Shown here: in pieces, positions 38,702 to 48,634 of the stretch
How the letters are laid out: the number at the start of each line of letters is the position of its first letter
Position numbering within the stretch: the first letter of the stretch is position 1
DNA from: a virus
Taxonomy: Duplodnaviria; Caudoviricetes
Strand: one strand, 5' to 3'
Virus record (IMG/VR): IMGVR_UViG_3300035564_000051
Location: 1 to 61,895 of that record
DNA: 61,895 nt
The notes under the pieces: generated by a model
Told to the model about the DNA's origin: nothing
Databases searched by the model: none
The model's input: the letters and a program-made list of their open reading frames with translations, nothing else
Position numbers and translations under genes: made by a program

Positions 38702-38917
38702 ATGACAATTCTCTGCGATAGATGTGGCAAGCCGATGGAGATTGATGAAAACCAGCCGACGGACTTCGGAGGCAATCCCTGTACTTTCGGGGAATACGTT
38801 GCTCTTGCGAAGAACAATGAGTGTGTTTGGATTTGTTGCCAACCATGCTGTGATGCAATGCCCGACGCTGGACACTTTTTTGAAACGGGAAACTTCACCG
38901 CCATTCCATTGAACTAA
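38702..38917 (+). CDS. Small Cys-rich protein
   Basis: CDRC ... CQPC. Confidence 0.5.
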   Translation: MTILCDRCGKPMEIDENQPTDFGGNPCTFGEYVALAKNNECVWICCQPCCDAMPDAGHFFETGNFTAIPLN

Positions 38918-39043
38918 CGAGGGAAAGCCAAATGAATCTACTTTTGCCAATACAGGCAATCATTGGTGTCATCATTGGCATCTTGGTAATCAACGGATTT
39001 GCCCAACTGGTTGTCAATTTTTTAATTAAGGAGAAACAACACC

Positions 39044-39511
39044 ATGAATGCTGATGAATTAAGACAGCAATATGCTGACGAAACGAAGAGATGGTTACTT
39101 AATCACGATGCTGAAATGCCCTATCCCCAGTGGCTTGAGTCCCTTCTGTCTGACTCGCAGAAAGAGGTGGAGAGACTGACGAAAATCACTGACGACTATC
39201 CCGACTACGTCAAGGGTCTGCAAACAGATTTGTATGTGTTGAACGCTTCTAACGTTGCGTTGAGGTCAACATATCTTGGCGTGGCAAAAGAAAGCGATTC
39301 CCTTCGCCAATCCTTGCAGGAAGCCAGAGAAGCGATAGAATGGTGCGAGTCTCACAAGTCTCTGATTCTGGATGCAGAGAATAATCCTGTCGCAATTGAA
39401 GTGAAAGTGCCGGTGAGCGATTTTATTCATGGATTTGTCGATGCAATTAAACTCCAACGCTCCACAGAGAAAGGAGAGAAAGATGAAACTTCCAACGAAG
39501 AAAGACATTGA
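39044..39511 (+). CDS. Hypothetical coiled-coil protein
   Basis: SD AAGGAG; shares LESLLSDSQKEV with the 37844 ORF. Confidence 0.6.
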   Translation: MNADELRQQYADETKRWLLNHDAEMPYPQWLESLLSDSQKEVERLTKITDDYPDYVKGLQTDLYVLNASNVALRSTYLGVAKESDSLRQSLQEAREAIEWCESHKSLILDAENNPVAIEVKVPVSDFIHGFVDAIKLQRSTEKGEKDETSNEERH

Positions 39512-39776
39512 GGCGATGAGGGTCGCGACACTTGAAAAGGCTAAGAACGCTACGCTTTCAGACAAGGCATTGATGGTTATTGACTCACTTCTCTCTGAGT
39601 GTGACGATGGGCGCGAAAATTCGCTCCTGAATAAAATCTATCGCATCGCGCATGGTTGTAGTCCGTTCACAAGTTGCTACAATGTTCACGGCGACTGGCG
39701 AAAAGAAACACTCATCGAATATGAAAACATCATTGCTGAATTGGAATCTTCCACCTCCAAGGAGACAGAGGGATGA
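39483..39776 (+). CDS. Hypothetical protein
   Basis: SD AAGGAG. Confidence 0.55.
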   Translation: MKLPTKKDIEAMRVATLEKAKNATLSDKALMVIDSLLSECDDGRENSLLNKIYRIAHGCSPFTSCYNVHGDWRKETLIEYENIIAELESSTSKETEG

Positions 39777-40015
39777 ACGGTCAACAAGATGGTGAGAAAA
39801 TCAAATGTCCCAAATGTGGGCATTGGTATTATCAGATAATGAAACGGGAGTACGGTGGCGGTCCGTCTATCTTCGTGCAATGTATGGCCTTCGGGTGTGC
39901 ATGGAGTACCGGCCAATATGAAACGCTGGAAGGGGCAATGGAAGAATTTCGCACCGGCCGCAAACCTCAAACCAGATGGCAACGCATCAAGAGTATTTTT
40001 TCCCCACCCCAATAG
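39773..40015 (+). CDS. Zn-ribbon (Lar-like) small protein
   Basis: CPKCG ... VQCMAFGC. Confidence 0.5.
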   Translation: MNGQQDGEKIKCPKCGHWYYQIMKREYGGGPSIFVQCMAFGCAWSTGQYETLEGAMEEFRTGRKPQTRWQRIKSIFSPPQ

Positions 40016-40027
40016 GAGAGAGACAGA

Positions 40028-40408
40028 ATGAACGAACTGAATAGACACATTAACATTATGGCGGGGCATTTCTTCTCTGCTATGAGTCAAGCGAACTTAG
40101 GAGAGATGGACGTCGCTAACAGTTATGCCGAAGAAGCCAAGAAGGAACTTGAATTGGTTAAGTCCCTTTCCACCCCTGCGCCAGATTGGGACGGTGGAAA
40201 AGAAGAATGTGGTGGGGGTTTGCACTTCTCACCGCGTCCGTCGGCAGCATTAGCCTTTGACAATCTCGCAACAAGGTTTATTGCCTGTCCGGTACTGCTC
40301 AAAGAAATCAAGGTTCACTCAAACGCGACTTACCCTGAAAAGGTGAAAGCCCCGCGAGTCTATAAACCATGCTATGAAGTGGACATTGACGGAAACAAAA
40401 AAGCCTGA
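40028..40408 (+). CDS. Hypothetical protein
   Basis: SD AGGAG; ECGGGLHFSPRP in the C-terminal half. Confidence 0.55.
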   Translation: MNELNRHINIMAGHFFSAMSQANLGEMDVANSYAEEAKKELELVKSLSTPAPDWDGGKEECGGGLHFSPRPSAALAFDNLATRFIACPVLLKEIKVHSNATYPEKVKAPRVYKPCYEVDIDGNKKA

Positions 40409-40459
40409 TGGAGTTATTCACATGATCTACTCAGGAATTACTCTCTACTGCGGGGGAAA

Positions 40460-41305
40460 ATGAACGAGCGCGGTCCTAAAAAGTTGCAGCACGTTCTCAT
40501 CAATGACCATTTCCAGAACTATAAGCCGTATCAGATTCCAAAGGCGCAGTTGGTTATCGCTGACATTCCGTACAACGTGGGGAAGAACGCCTATGGTTCT
40601 AATCCAGCTTGGTATGTTGACGGCGACAATGCAAACGGGGAAAGCAATTTGGCGGGTACGGAGTTCTTCGACACTGACAAGGATTTTAGATTGTCCGAGT
40701 TCCTTCATTTCTGTTCAACGATGTTGGTCAAGGAGCCGAAGGAGCGAGGGCGCGCCCCGGCGATGATTGTGTTTTGTGAGTTCGAGCAACAGTTTGAATT
40801 GATCGAAAAGGCGAAGCCATACGGTTTGAACGGGTATATCAATCTTGTTTTCCGCAAGAACTTCTCGGCGCAAGTTCTCAAGGCTAATATGCGGATCGTT
40901 GGCAACTGTGAGTATGGGCTTGTTCTGTACCGAGACAAACTACCGAAGTTCAACAACGATGGGAAAATGGTATTCAACTGCTTCGATGTAGAACGCGACA
41001 ACAAAACCCCGAAGATTCACCCGACGCAAAAGTCTGTACCGCTTCTCGAAACGCTGATAAAGATTTTCACAGATGAGGGCGACGTTGTTATCGACCCCGT
41101 TGCAGGAAGCGGTACAACGCTCTTAGCCGCAATCAACACAGGGCGAAGCGCGTACGGCTTCGAGATCAAAAAGAACTTCCACGCCGCCGCACAACAACTC
41201 ATAAGCGATCGACTTCTCGCCCTTGAGGAAATCAAGAAATATGGATTCGCGAAAACCGAAATGGGAAAAGAACACGCGTCATTATTCGATAAATACGAAG
41301 TTTAA
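40460..41305 (+). CDS. Orphan DNA amino-methyltransferase (N6A/N4C, beta class)
   Basis: Motif IV DIPY precedes HPTQK and motif I DPVAGSGTT. Confidence 0.92.
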   Translation: MNERGPKKLQHVLINDHFQNYKPYQIPKAQLVIADIPYNVGKNAYGSNPAWYVDGDNANGESNLAGTEFFDTDKDFRLSEFLHFCSTMLVKEPKERGRAPAMIVFCEFEQQFELIEKAKPYGLNGYINLVFRKNFSAQVLKANMRIVGNCEYGLVLYRDKLPKFNNDGKMVFNCFDVERDNKTPKIHPTQKSVPLLETLIKIFTDEGDVVIDPVAGSGTTLLAAINTGRSAYGFEIKKNFHAAAQQLISDRLLALEEIKKYGFAKTEMGKEHASLFDKYEV

Positions 41306-41370
41306 TCCTTTCCCTCACTTGGAGTTGAAATTCAAATGAATGTTGCACCAATGGGTACCTTTTACCGAAT

Positions 41371-42033
41371 ATGGACACCAAGAGCAAGGAACAGAGAGGG
41401 ATGCCTAAACTAAACTCGGAAGAGATCAACGCTGCAAAGCTGAAGTGTGCCACGCGTGATGGGCTCCGTTGTAACAACCCAGAGTGCCACAAGAAGCCAG
41501 GGGAGACCTATCTCGATTCTCATAACCAAGAGAAAAAGACCTATCTCGAACTCGATCATGTTGACGGAAATCCAGAGAACAATCCCCCCGATGGTAGTAA
41601 CTGGCAACTGTTGTGTGTTCCCTGCAATCGGTTAAAAAGCGCGCCGGACCGAAAAAGGAAACCTAAGTTCCGAAGTTTTGAGCAGTTGAAGAAGTGTAAG
41701 CTAGAGCGTGTGAGAAAGTATGGTAAGATGAATACTGAAAGTCTCTTAGTTCAATATGCGAGCATGCAGAAGAATCTAGTGGCAGAACCGATAGTAACAG
41801 TCTTCATCGACAGGACGGTTGAGGATCTGGGTTCAGTGGATCGCTCCGTGCTGATTAACGCCGCAGCCCAAGAGGTTTCGCTTCAAACAAAGGGAAAGTC
41901 GAGCATCGGTCAGGGAGCCGTGAGGGGTTATCTGGACAGAAGGTGCAATCCCATCAATGGAACACTGGAGTACTTCGAGCACCCCAAGCAATCCGGCCAT
42001 TGGATGGTACGTAAACGCAAGGAGGAAAAGTGA
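41371..42033 (+). CDS. HNH-domain protein with C-terminal extension
   Basis: RDGLRC...C, LELDHVDGN, NWQLLCVPCNRLK. Confidence 0.8.
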   Translation: MDTKSKEQRGMPKLNSEEINAAKLKCATRDGLRCNNPECHKKPGETYLDSHNQEKKTYLELDHVDGNPENNPPDGSNWQLLCVPCNRLKSAPDRKRKPKFRSFEQLKKCKLERVRKYGKMNTESLLVQYASMQKNLVAEPIVTVFIDRTVEDLGSVDRSVLINAAAQEVSLQTKGKSSIGQGAVRGYLDRRCNPINGTLEYFEHPKQSGHWMVRKRKEEK

Positions 42034-42383
42034 GCATCATAGGAAAGCCTATTGAGTGCAATCCCGAGGACTACTGCAAGACCTTCGGCCATAAACCCCG
42101 CAAGTACGGCGACGGGATCTTCTGTGAAACCTGCGATATTCCTATGGCTGATGCTATTCCAATCGTTCAAGACGGCAAGAAGCACGTATTCGTCATCAGG
42201 GATGATAAAGCCGTGGAGGTTCCCCCCGATCAGGTAAGAATCATTCAGAACCCGAACGCGCCTCAAGGGTGTACCTGTGGCACTGATAAAACCTGTTGGA
42301 AGCACGAGCGGCCCCATGATCTCGGTGAGTATTTCCCAAGCGGAAAGTTGCCGAGCAACGAGCCAATAAACTTTGAGGGATGA
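42030..42383 (+). CDS. Cys-rich hypothetical protein
   Basis: GTG after GGAGG; several Cys/His clusters. Confidence 0.5.
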   Translation: MSIIGKPIECNPEDYCKTFGHKPRKYGDGIFCETCDIPMADAIPIVQDGKKHVFVIRDDKAVEVPPDQVRIIQNPNAPQGCTCGTDKTCWKHERPHDLGEYFPSGKLPSNEPINFEG

Positions 42384-42640
42384 TGGCAGCCACCAGGTGT
42401 AAATGCGGAAAGAAGAAACTCCCCCAATCTCCGTGGTGTCAATCCTGTGGTCAGCGAAACCGCGCCAAGACCGAAAAGAAGCACGGTCATTGCCCTGTGT
42501 GTGGATTCTACATTGGAAACAATCGCGCCCCCGGTCGCAAGGAAGTGGTCTGCGTCTACTGTCTCAACCCCGTTCCAAAGGAAGCCAAGTCTAAGCATCG
42601 CCGCAGTGAAGCGGTCTGGGTGAACGTGAAAGTTGCCTGA
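42380..42640 (+). CDS. Basic Zn-finger protein
   Basis: CKC, CQSC, CPVC, CVYC. Confidence 0.55.
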   Translation: MMAATRCKCGKKKLPQSPWCQSCGQRNRAKTEKKHGHCPVCGFYIGNNRAPGRKEVVCVYCLNPVPKEAKSKHRRSEAVWVNVKVA

Positions 42641-42711
42641 CCCGCGAAAATCTTCTTTGAATCCTATTCCTTCTCGGTACATTTGTAGTAGGAACTAGCA
42701 TCGCACATGCG

Positions 42712-43257
42712 ATGAGGATGGAACAAATGAAACTTACTCGCAAGGAGCAAAAGTTCTGTGAACTGGTGCTCACCGGAAAATCTCAAACGCAATCGTACAA
42801 AGAGGCTGGCTACAAGTCGAAGAATGATCGCTCCGCTGGCGCGTGTGCCGTTCAAGTACTCGCGAAACCAAGGGTAGCGGAATACATCGCGAAGCGTCAA
42901 CTTGAGATCAATGAAAAGCTCAAAGAGGCCACACAGGTAACGAAGGAAAGGATTGTCGCCGAACTTGCCAAAGTTGCATTTGCGAACATGAGTGACTTCG
43001 CGAAAATAGATGGTCAGACGGTCACGTTCACAAATTTTGAGAATCTAAAACCAGATCAGTTGAGCGCAGTATGTGAGGTTGGGGAAACAGTGGGACGGAG
43101 TGGAGTATCACTTCACCTGAAACTGCACAACAAGATTGACGCGCTGACAAAACTTGGTGAGCAACTTGGAATCTTTCAGCCACGCAAAATTCAGTTATCA
43201 ACAGAAGATGGTCAGGCGCTTCCGTTTTGCCTAATCCCGGCGCAAAGGAAGAAATGA
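42712..43257 (+). CDS. terS: Terminase small subunit
   Basis: LTRKEQKFC...SYKEAGY...LAKPRVAEYI...ELAKVAF...KIDALTKLG; directly upstream of TerL. Confidence 0.9.
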   Translation: MRMEQMKLTRKEQKFCELVLTGKSQTQSYKEAGYKSKNDRSAGACAVQVLAKPRVAEYIAKRQLEINEKLKEATQVTKERIVAELAKVAFANMSDFAKIDGQTVTFTNFENLKPDQLSAVCEVGETVGRSGVSLHLKLHNKIDALTKLGEQLGIFQPRKIQLSTEDGQALPFCLIPAQRKK

Positions 43258-44822
43258 ACATCATCACCGCATCACAGGTCAAAGAAACCCCCGATAAGTT
43301 CAAGCTCGTATGGCAACCCGACGCACTCCCAACAGAGAAACCCGTTGAAGGCAAGCAATATGAATTCTTAACAGCAGGTGAAGATTATGTCGGGCTTGAT
43401 GGTGGCAAAGGTTCCGGCAAATCGGACCTGCTGATTTTCGATTGCATCCGTCCCGAAAAACTCTCAAGCCCTAGGTGGCACGGCGTTATTTTCCGTCGAG
43501 AGTACAAGCGTCTCACTGAAGTCATTGACCGCGCAACCTTTTGGTTCAACAAACTCCCGCAACTGAAAGCTCACTGGCAGGGCAATCAATCTCGTTTCGT
43601 ATTCCCCTCGGGTGGCTGGCTCGCATTTCATAACGTAGAGAACTTGGGCGATGAAGAAAAGTATCAGGGATGGGAGATAACCGACCTCAAGTTCGATCAG
43701 CTCGAAGAATTCGAAGAGTCGATGTTCGACTTCCTCGTATTGCAGAATCGCACCACCGACCCGAACCTCAAGGCGACAATCCGTTGGACGGCGAACCCCG
43801 GTGGGGTTGGTCACGCATGGGTCAAGCGCCGGTTTGTTGATTTTAAAGAACCGGGAAATGTTTACACATTCACTCAAACAGCCCGAGGCAAAGAGTACGT
43901 CCTAACTTATCGTCGTATCTTCGCCACAGTATTCGACAATCCCTACTATCGCAACGATTCAAAGTATATTGCACGACTTTTCAACGACCCGAATCCCCAT
44001 CGCCGCAAAGCGCTTGCTGAGGGAGACTGGTCGAGCGTGTTCGGTCAATTCTTCTCTGAGTTCTCTTCTCCCGTTCACGTTATCAAGTCGAAAACTCTTC
44101 CCGCAGAGTGGGAGCGGCTTACAGGGCTTGACTACGGAAATGTGAAAACAATGGAATTCCTCAGGGTAGACTATGAAGGCCGCGTCTACGTCGAGCATGA
44201 ATTCCACACCGAACCCAATGAACAACACCCATCAGGACTAACCGCCTCAGAATTTGGTGAACAATCAGCAAAATGGATGTTAGAGCGCGGATTGGGAGAG
44301 AACCTCTCAGTGATTGCCGATACAAATATGTGGTCTGCCACTGGTCGGGATGTTGGCAGTAATAAGACCCCGGAGCGCATCGTTTCGGAAATCTGGGAGG
44401 CGGCATTCAAAGCCAAAGACAAACTCCCGCCAATTCTGTTTCCCGCTTCAAAAAAAGCCAGAGAAGAATATCGCTTCCGCATCGCTTGTAACAGCGCCAC
44501 ACAAGACTATTTGCATTACGAGGCCGACGTATCAGGCAAGATCGGAAAGCCAGCAAGACTGTTCTTCTTGGATCGCTGCAAGTCCATCATTCAAACCTTG
44601 CCAGCGCTTGTGGTAGACCCTAATGACCCCAATGACATCAAAGATAAACAGGACGACCACGATTACGATTCCTTCAAATATGCTTTCATGCAGTTGATTG
44701 CGACCGACAGAAAGGCCGCGCCCAGGAAGAAAGAATGGTTCGAGGAAATTGCTCAATCCAATTCCGGCAACGAAGAAGAAGAATATTCGATATATAACCC
44801 GTTTAAGGTGAGCGGAGAATGA
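43254..44822 (+). CDS. terL: Terminase large subunit
   Basis: Walker A GGKGSGKS, coupling motif TANPGGVGHAWVK, nuclease GLDYG and DHDYDSFKY. Confidence 0.93.
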   Translation: MNIITASQVKETPDKFKLVWQPDALPTEKPVEGKQYEFLTAGEDYVGLDGGKGSGKSDLLIFDCIRPEKLSSPRWHGVIFRREYKRLTEVIDRATFWFNKLPQLKAHWQGNQSRFVFPSGGWLAFHNVENLGDEEKYQGWEITDLKFDQLEEFEESMFDFLVLQNRTTDPNLKATIRWTANPGGVGHAWVKRRFVDFKEPGNVYTFTQTARGKEYVLTYRRIFATVFDNPYYRNDSKYIARLFNDPNPHRRKALAEGDWSSVFGQFFSEFSSPVHVIKSKTLPAEWERLTGLDYGNVKTMEFLRVDYEGRVYVEHEFHTEPNEQHPSGLTASEFGEQSAKWMLERGLGENLSVIADTNMWSATGRDVGSNKTPERIVSEIWEAAFKAKDKLPPILFPASKKAREEYRFRIACNSATQDYLHYEADVSGKIGKPARLFFLDRCKSIIQTLPALVVDPNDPNDIKDKQDDHDYDSFKYAFMQLIATDRKAAPRKKEWFEEIAQSNSGNEEEEYSIYNPFKVSGE

Positions 44823-45316
44823 AAACAATCCCATTGACTCAAGGTATGGTTGCACTCGTTGACGATGAGGATTATGCAGATCTCGCACAGTTCAAATGGT
44901 ATGCACGAAAGAGCCCGAAGGATCACACATATTACGCAGCGCGTAACGTGAAACAGGCGGGCAGGCAAATAACAGAGCGAATGCACCGCCGCATTCTCAA
45001 CGCTCAGGTCGGGCAAATTGTTGACCACGAAAACCATAATGGCCTTGACTGTCAAAGACACAACATTAGGATTTGTACGCAACGTCAAAACAATGGCAAC
45101 CGCAGGAGAAACATTCACAGTTCAAGCAGATTCAAGGGTGTTACGTGGTACGGTCGTTACAAGAAATGGCGCGCACAAATTCAGAATAACGGAAAAGAGA
45201 TCCATCTCGGCTATTTTGATGACGAAGAACAAGCCGCTCATGCATACGACAAGAAAGCCATAGAGCTATTTGGTGAGTTTGCTTGTCTCAATTTTCCAGA
45301 ACGTAAGGCGGCATAA
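44819..45316 (+). CDS. HNH-AP2 homing endonuclease
   Basis: MHRRIL...VDHENHNGLD; AP2 domain SRFKGV...WRAQI...HLGYFDDEEQAAHAYD. Confidence 0.92.
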   Translation: MKTIPLTQGMVALVDDEDYADLAQFKWYARKSPKDHTYYAARNVKQAGRQITERMHRRILNAQVGQIVDHENHNGLDCQRHNIRICTQRQNNGNRRRNIHSSSRFKGVTWYGRYKKWRAQIQNNGKEIHLGYFDDEEQAAHAYDKKAIELFGEFACLNFPERKAA

Positions 45317-47526
45317 TGTCAACGCCAACAACACTCGATCACTCTCAAATTCTTTCCGGACCGCAGTCGCCCCAACCCCAGGCAGCGGGCGCGCAACCGT
45401 CCAAAGCGGTAAGCGCCAAACTGCCATTTGATATTTTTGACTCGGCGGATAAACAGCGTTGCGACAACCAGATGAAAAGTTGGTTAACAGAGGCGGATGC
45501 CGTCCATTCTCAGTATTGGCAAGAATGGAATAGCATTGATTCCCGTTTGGCCGGAGATATAATATTACCAGGGTTTACAAAATTATACTCTCAGAACCTT
45601 GCGGACCGCAACGATCCCCGAACCCGTGAAGCCGCAAAGCACACCAAGAGCTTCGTCAGTCTCAACCGCGCCCGTCCGAATCAGGAAGCCTTGCTCGGTG
45701 ATTTTCTCGCCACTCCGAAGAAACTTGAAGTCGAAGGTCGCACCCCGAACGACCAGAATATTGCCAAGGCCATGCGAGCCCGCATCGAGTATATCGAAGA
45801 CTCTGAGATGTTGCCCTCGAAGATATACTTTCCCGTGATGGACAATTCTTTTGCCTGTGGCCTGCACTGGATCAAAGGGGGCTTTAACCCGAGGAAGAAC
45901 CGTCTCCGCGGCAAGTTCGAGATCACCGAAGTCAACACCCGCGACATGCTCATTGATGCCAAAACCCGCGGCCCGTTCTTCGGCACGATGCACTACCTGA
46001 TTCACCGCAAGCAACTCTCGATCACAGAAGCCAGAAAGAAGTTCAAACGCTATAAACTCTTCAACGGAAATTCCCTTGCAGCCGACACCGACTATGACCG
46101 TCCGTACGGAAAAACAGAAGCCAGTAACACAGAGTATGCCACCTTCTACGAAGTCGAATGGAAGGAGACCGTCAATCACTGGTACTCCGCCGTAACCGGA
46201 GAAGCCGTTGAGATAAGCGAAGAGCAGTATGACCAGGCGCTAGATGATCCCCAACAAGAACCGTTCGTGTTTGAAGGTGAAGAGGAAGACAAGTACTACA
46301 TTGCCTTCTTCCACGGTGTGCAGGGATGTTTCTATCTTGCCGAAAATCCGCTTGGAATGTTCACAGCGATTCCGCTTATCAACATCGAAACCAACGGAAG
46401 ACTCTACCCCCAAGGCGATGTGCTGGTTTATTCAGAACTGCTTGACCTTGTAGATACCCTGATGACCGCGTACTTGGAGAATGTGAAGAACGCGAACAAG
46501 CCACGCGCCCGTGTCCGAGAAGACATCTACCGGAAATTCCAAACTCAGATCGACGCTGCCATTGCCAAGGGTGGAGCTGTGCCGGGACTGGAAGAAATGT
46601 TCTGGCCGACTGGAATCAACGCTGGCCTGCAAGGGCTTCTCAACATGCTCTTCGAGCAGATTCAAGACTCGGTATCAAAACACGCTGCATCCCGGGGAGA
46701 ACTACCTTCAAAGCAAATCGCCAAGGAAACCGTGCAGGCTCTCATGGCCAAGGACCGGCAGGCACAGGGACGGAAAGATATTATGGTCTCCTACACCCTG
46801 ACCATGCTTGCCAAAATGCTCTGCAAGATGATCGCCCTTTATGACAGCGAACCGGATTTCTTCCAGGTCACAGACAAGACCCCCGGCAAACGCGGCTACA
46901 TTCCCATCAATCAACGCTGGACAGAAGTAGAATATCTCTCATGGCTTCAGACGTTGGCGGGTATCCCGATGCCAAAGGATCAGTCTCAGGTTCCTCAGTT
47001 CGACCAAATGCTCGCCCAGTTCCGCGAGAAGTTTGAATCTGAGAACGATGTGAAGGAAGAAGAAATTGACGGATTTGTCATCCCCGGTCTTCCGCCCGGA
47101 GCCAACACCTTCAAGCCCGAAGAGGTCTCTTCATTGATCGAAGCGAAGGGATGGCCGCAGGAACTCTTCTGGCTCGTCTATCAACCGCAACCAGTCAAGA
47201 TGAAGATGTTTGTGGTCAACGACCTGTCCCGAGACCCGGATCTCAACATTCGCTACTTCATCGACAGCGATGAAAAGAACACCCCTGAGTATCAGGCGAA
47301 CCTTGCTCTTATGCTCAACGCAAAGGGAATGAAGTCTCGCGTTGATACCCTCAAGGCACTTGGACAGGTCAACCCCGAAGAGATGATCGAGAACGTGGAC
47401 AAAGAAAACCAGACGATCCAACTCGCCAAGCAACTTGCCTCGAATCCGAAGGCAATGGAAGCAGTAAAGATGATCTTAAGTCAACCCGCGGCAATGGCTC
47501 CCGCGGCAGCAAATCAAGGTCAATAG
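45316..47526 (+). CDS. Portal protein (P22-like size)
   Basis: 736 aa between TerL and scaffold/capsid; CGLHWIK strand motif and Gln/Ala-rich tail. Confidence 0.78.
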   Translation: MSTPTTLDHSQILSGPQSPQPQAAGAQPSKAVSAKLPFDIFDSADKQRCDNQMKSWLTEADAVHSQYWQEWNSIDSRLAGDIILPGFTKLYSQNLADRNDPRTREAAKHTKSFVSLNRARPNQEALLGDFLATPKKLEVEGRTPNDQNIAKAMRARIEYIEDSEMLPSKIYFPVMDNSFACGLHWIKGGFNPRKNRLRGKFEITEVNTRDMLIDAKTRGPFFGTMHYLIHRKQLSITEARKKFKRYKLFNGNSLAADTDYDRPYGKTEASNTEYATFYEVEWKETVNHWYSAVTGEAVEISEEQYDQALDDPQQEPFVFEGEEEDKYYIAFFHGVQGCFYLAENPLGMFTAIPLINIETNGRLYPQGDVLVYSELLDLVDTLMTAYLENVKNANKPRARVREDIYRKFQTQIDAAIAKGGAVPGLEEMFWPTGINAGLQGLLNMLFEQIQDSVSKHAASRGELPSKQIAKETVQALMAKDRQAQGRKDIMVSYTLTMLAKMLCKMIALYDSEPDFFQVTDKTPGKRGYIPINQRWTEVEYLSWLQTLAGIPMPKDQSQVPQFDQMLAQFREKFESENDVKEEEIDGFVIPGLPPGANTFKPEEVSSLIEAKGWPQELFWLVYQPQPVKMKMFVVNDLSRDPDLNIRYFIDSDEKNTPEYQANLALMLNAKGMKSRVDTLKALGQVNPEEMIENVDKENQTIQLAKQLASNPKAMEAVKMILSQPAAMAPAAANQGQ

Positions 47527-47541
47527 AAGGAGAACTGACCA

Positions 47542-47970
47542 ATGGCAAACGGTAACGGTGAAGCAAAAGTGCTCCCGATCAAGCGTAAGATGGAACCCTT
47601 GGTACCCGCGGCAGATTTCAGTGAAGTCATCATGCAACTGGTCGGTGATCCCAACTGTAAGACCTGTGGCGGGCGCTATTGGATTGGATTCATCAAAGTT
47701 CCCGACGGAGCGGTCAAACTTCAGGTCTGCCATTGTGCGAGCTTTGCCGAGACTCAGGTAGTCACAGTTCTTCGCGCCGTGGCTGTTATGGCCAACGATC
47801 AGGACGCGAGCAATAAAGCGATCATCGAGATTCTCACGCGCACCGAGAAGACTCAAAGCGCAATTCTTGAGATGCTGAAACCCAAGCCATACGTATTCAC
47901 GCGGGTGTTTGAGCACTTCAAGACTGTCAAAGAAACCATTGACAAGCACGACGAACCAAAGGTCGAGTAG
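47542..47970 (+). CDS. Hypothetical protein
   Basis: SD AAGGAG; CKTC ... CHC. Confidence 0.6.
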   Translation: MANGNGEAKVLPIKRKMEPLVPAADFSEVIMQLVGDPNCKTCGGRYWIGFIKVPDGAVKLQVCHCASFAETQVVTVLRAVAVMANDQDASNKAIIEILTRTEKTQSAILEMLKPKPYVFTRVFEHFKTVKETIDKHDEPKVE

Positions 47971-48356
47971 TGACGGACAGGGAATATGCAGCCCAAAAGA
48001 AACGAATCAAGACTCTGTTCAACAAATGGGTCAGCCCTCTTGGACTCGGCTCATGGAAGATCGAGATTCTCTTCGCCCGTTTGGGAATTCGTGAAAACGA
48101 CAAGGATGAAAAATGGCTGGCCTACTTCATAACAGAATGTCGATGGGAATATCAGCAGGCTCTTATCCGCGTCTCTGCGCCGGATGTTGCCACGTTGGAC
48201 GACAGAGAACTTGAGCGAGACTTCGTACACGAACTGGCGCATTGTATCTTGAATGAGGCGAAGCATTTTTCAGCAGAGGACGGTTCTGAACACGAGGAAA
48301 GGGTGGCAACCCAGTTGACAAACGCATTTATTTGGCTACGGGAGGAAAAGGCTTGA
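47970..48356 (+). CDS. Small zincin-like (HExxH) protein
   Basis: FVHELAHC followed by HEE. Confidence 0.7.
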   Translation: MTDREYAAQKKRIKTLFNKWVSPLGLGSWKIEILFARLGIRENDKDEKWLAYFITECRWEYQQALIRVSAPDVATLDDRELERDFVHELAHCILNEAKHFSAEDGSEHEERVATQLTNAFIWLREEKA

Positions 48357-48502
48357 CACCAGAGAAACTCGATAAGCTGCTTCAGAAGCTACGCGAGAAA
48401 CTCCGTCAGGACACGGTTCCCGACGATCTAACAGGAAGTATCACGATCAATGTTCAGTCGGGCGGACTATCAGGGAGTGTAACGGTAGAACAAAAACTCT
48501 AG
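48353..48502 (+). CDS. Small protein (49 aa; DUF2292-like pattern; not in ORF track)
   Basis: GGAGG + TTG; MTPEKLDKLLQKLREKL...TGSITINVQSGG...EQKL*. Confidence 0.55.
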   Translation: MTPEKLDKLLQKLREKLRQDTVPDDLTGSITINVQSGGLSGSVTVEQKL

Positions 48503-48550
48503 GACATATCTCGGCTCACGATAAGTAGCGCCGCAAGCGTTCAGCTCATC

Positions 48551-48597
48551 AAGCCACAGTTGGAACAGGGTACAGACCCTTCCGGCTGTGGCTTTTT
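48551..48597 (+). terminator. Long hairpin with U-tract upstream of the scaffold gene
   Basis: AAGCCACAGTTGGAA..GGGT/ACCC..TTCCGGCTGTGGCTT then TTT. Confidence 0.65.
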
Positions 48598-48634
48598 CAT
48601 TTAAGGGTGGCACAAGCCACAGGAGAATAATCAA

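Larger units (their letters stand above)
37464..38705 (+). repeat. Dispersed ~35-bp gene-junction repeat, four copies
   Basis: (TTCTCACCGCAC)AGAAAGCGAGGGATGGG(G/A)AATGA at 37464, 37637 (partial), 38364 and 38645. Confidence 0.92.

Noticed and set aside
37464-38705. CRISPR array
   Set aside because: Repeat spacing is irregular (about 160-740 bp), the intervening DNA is whole ORFs, and no cas genes were seen.
42656-42683. Late promoter upstream of terS (TTGAAT/TACATT)
   Set aside because: The 15-16-bp spacer and weak consensus are not enough to call it.
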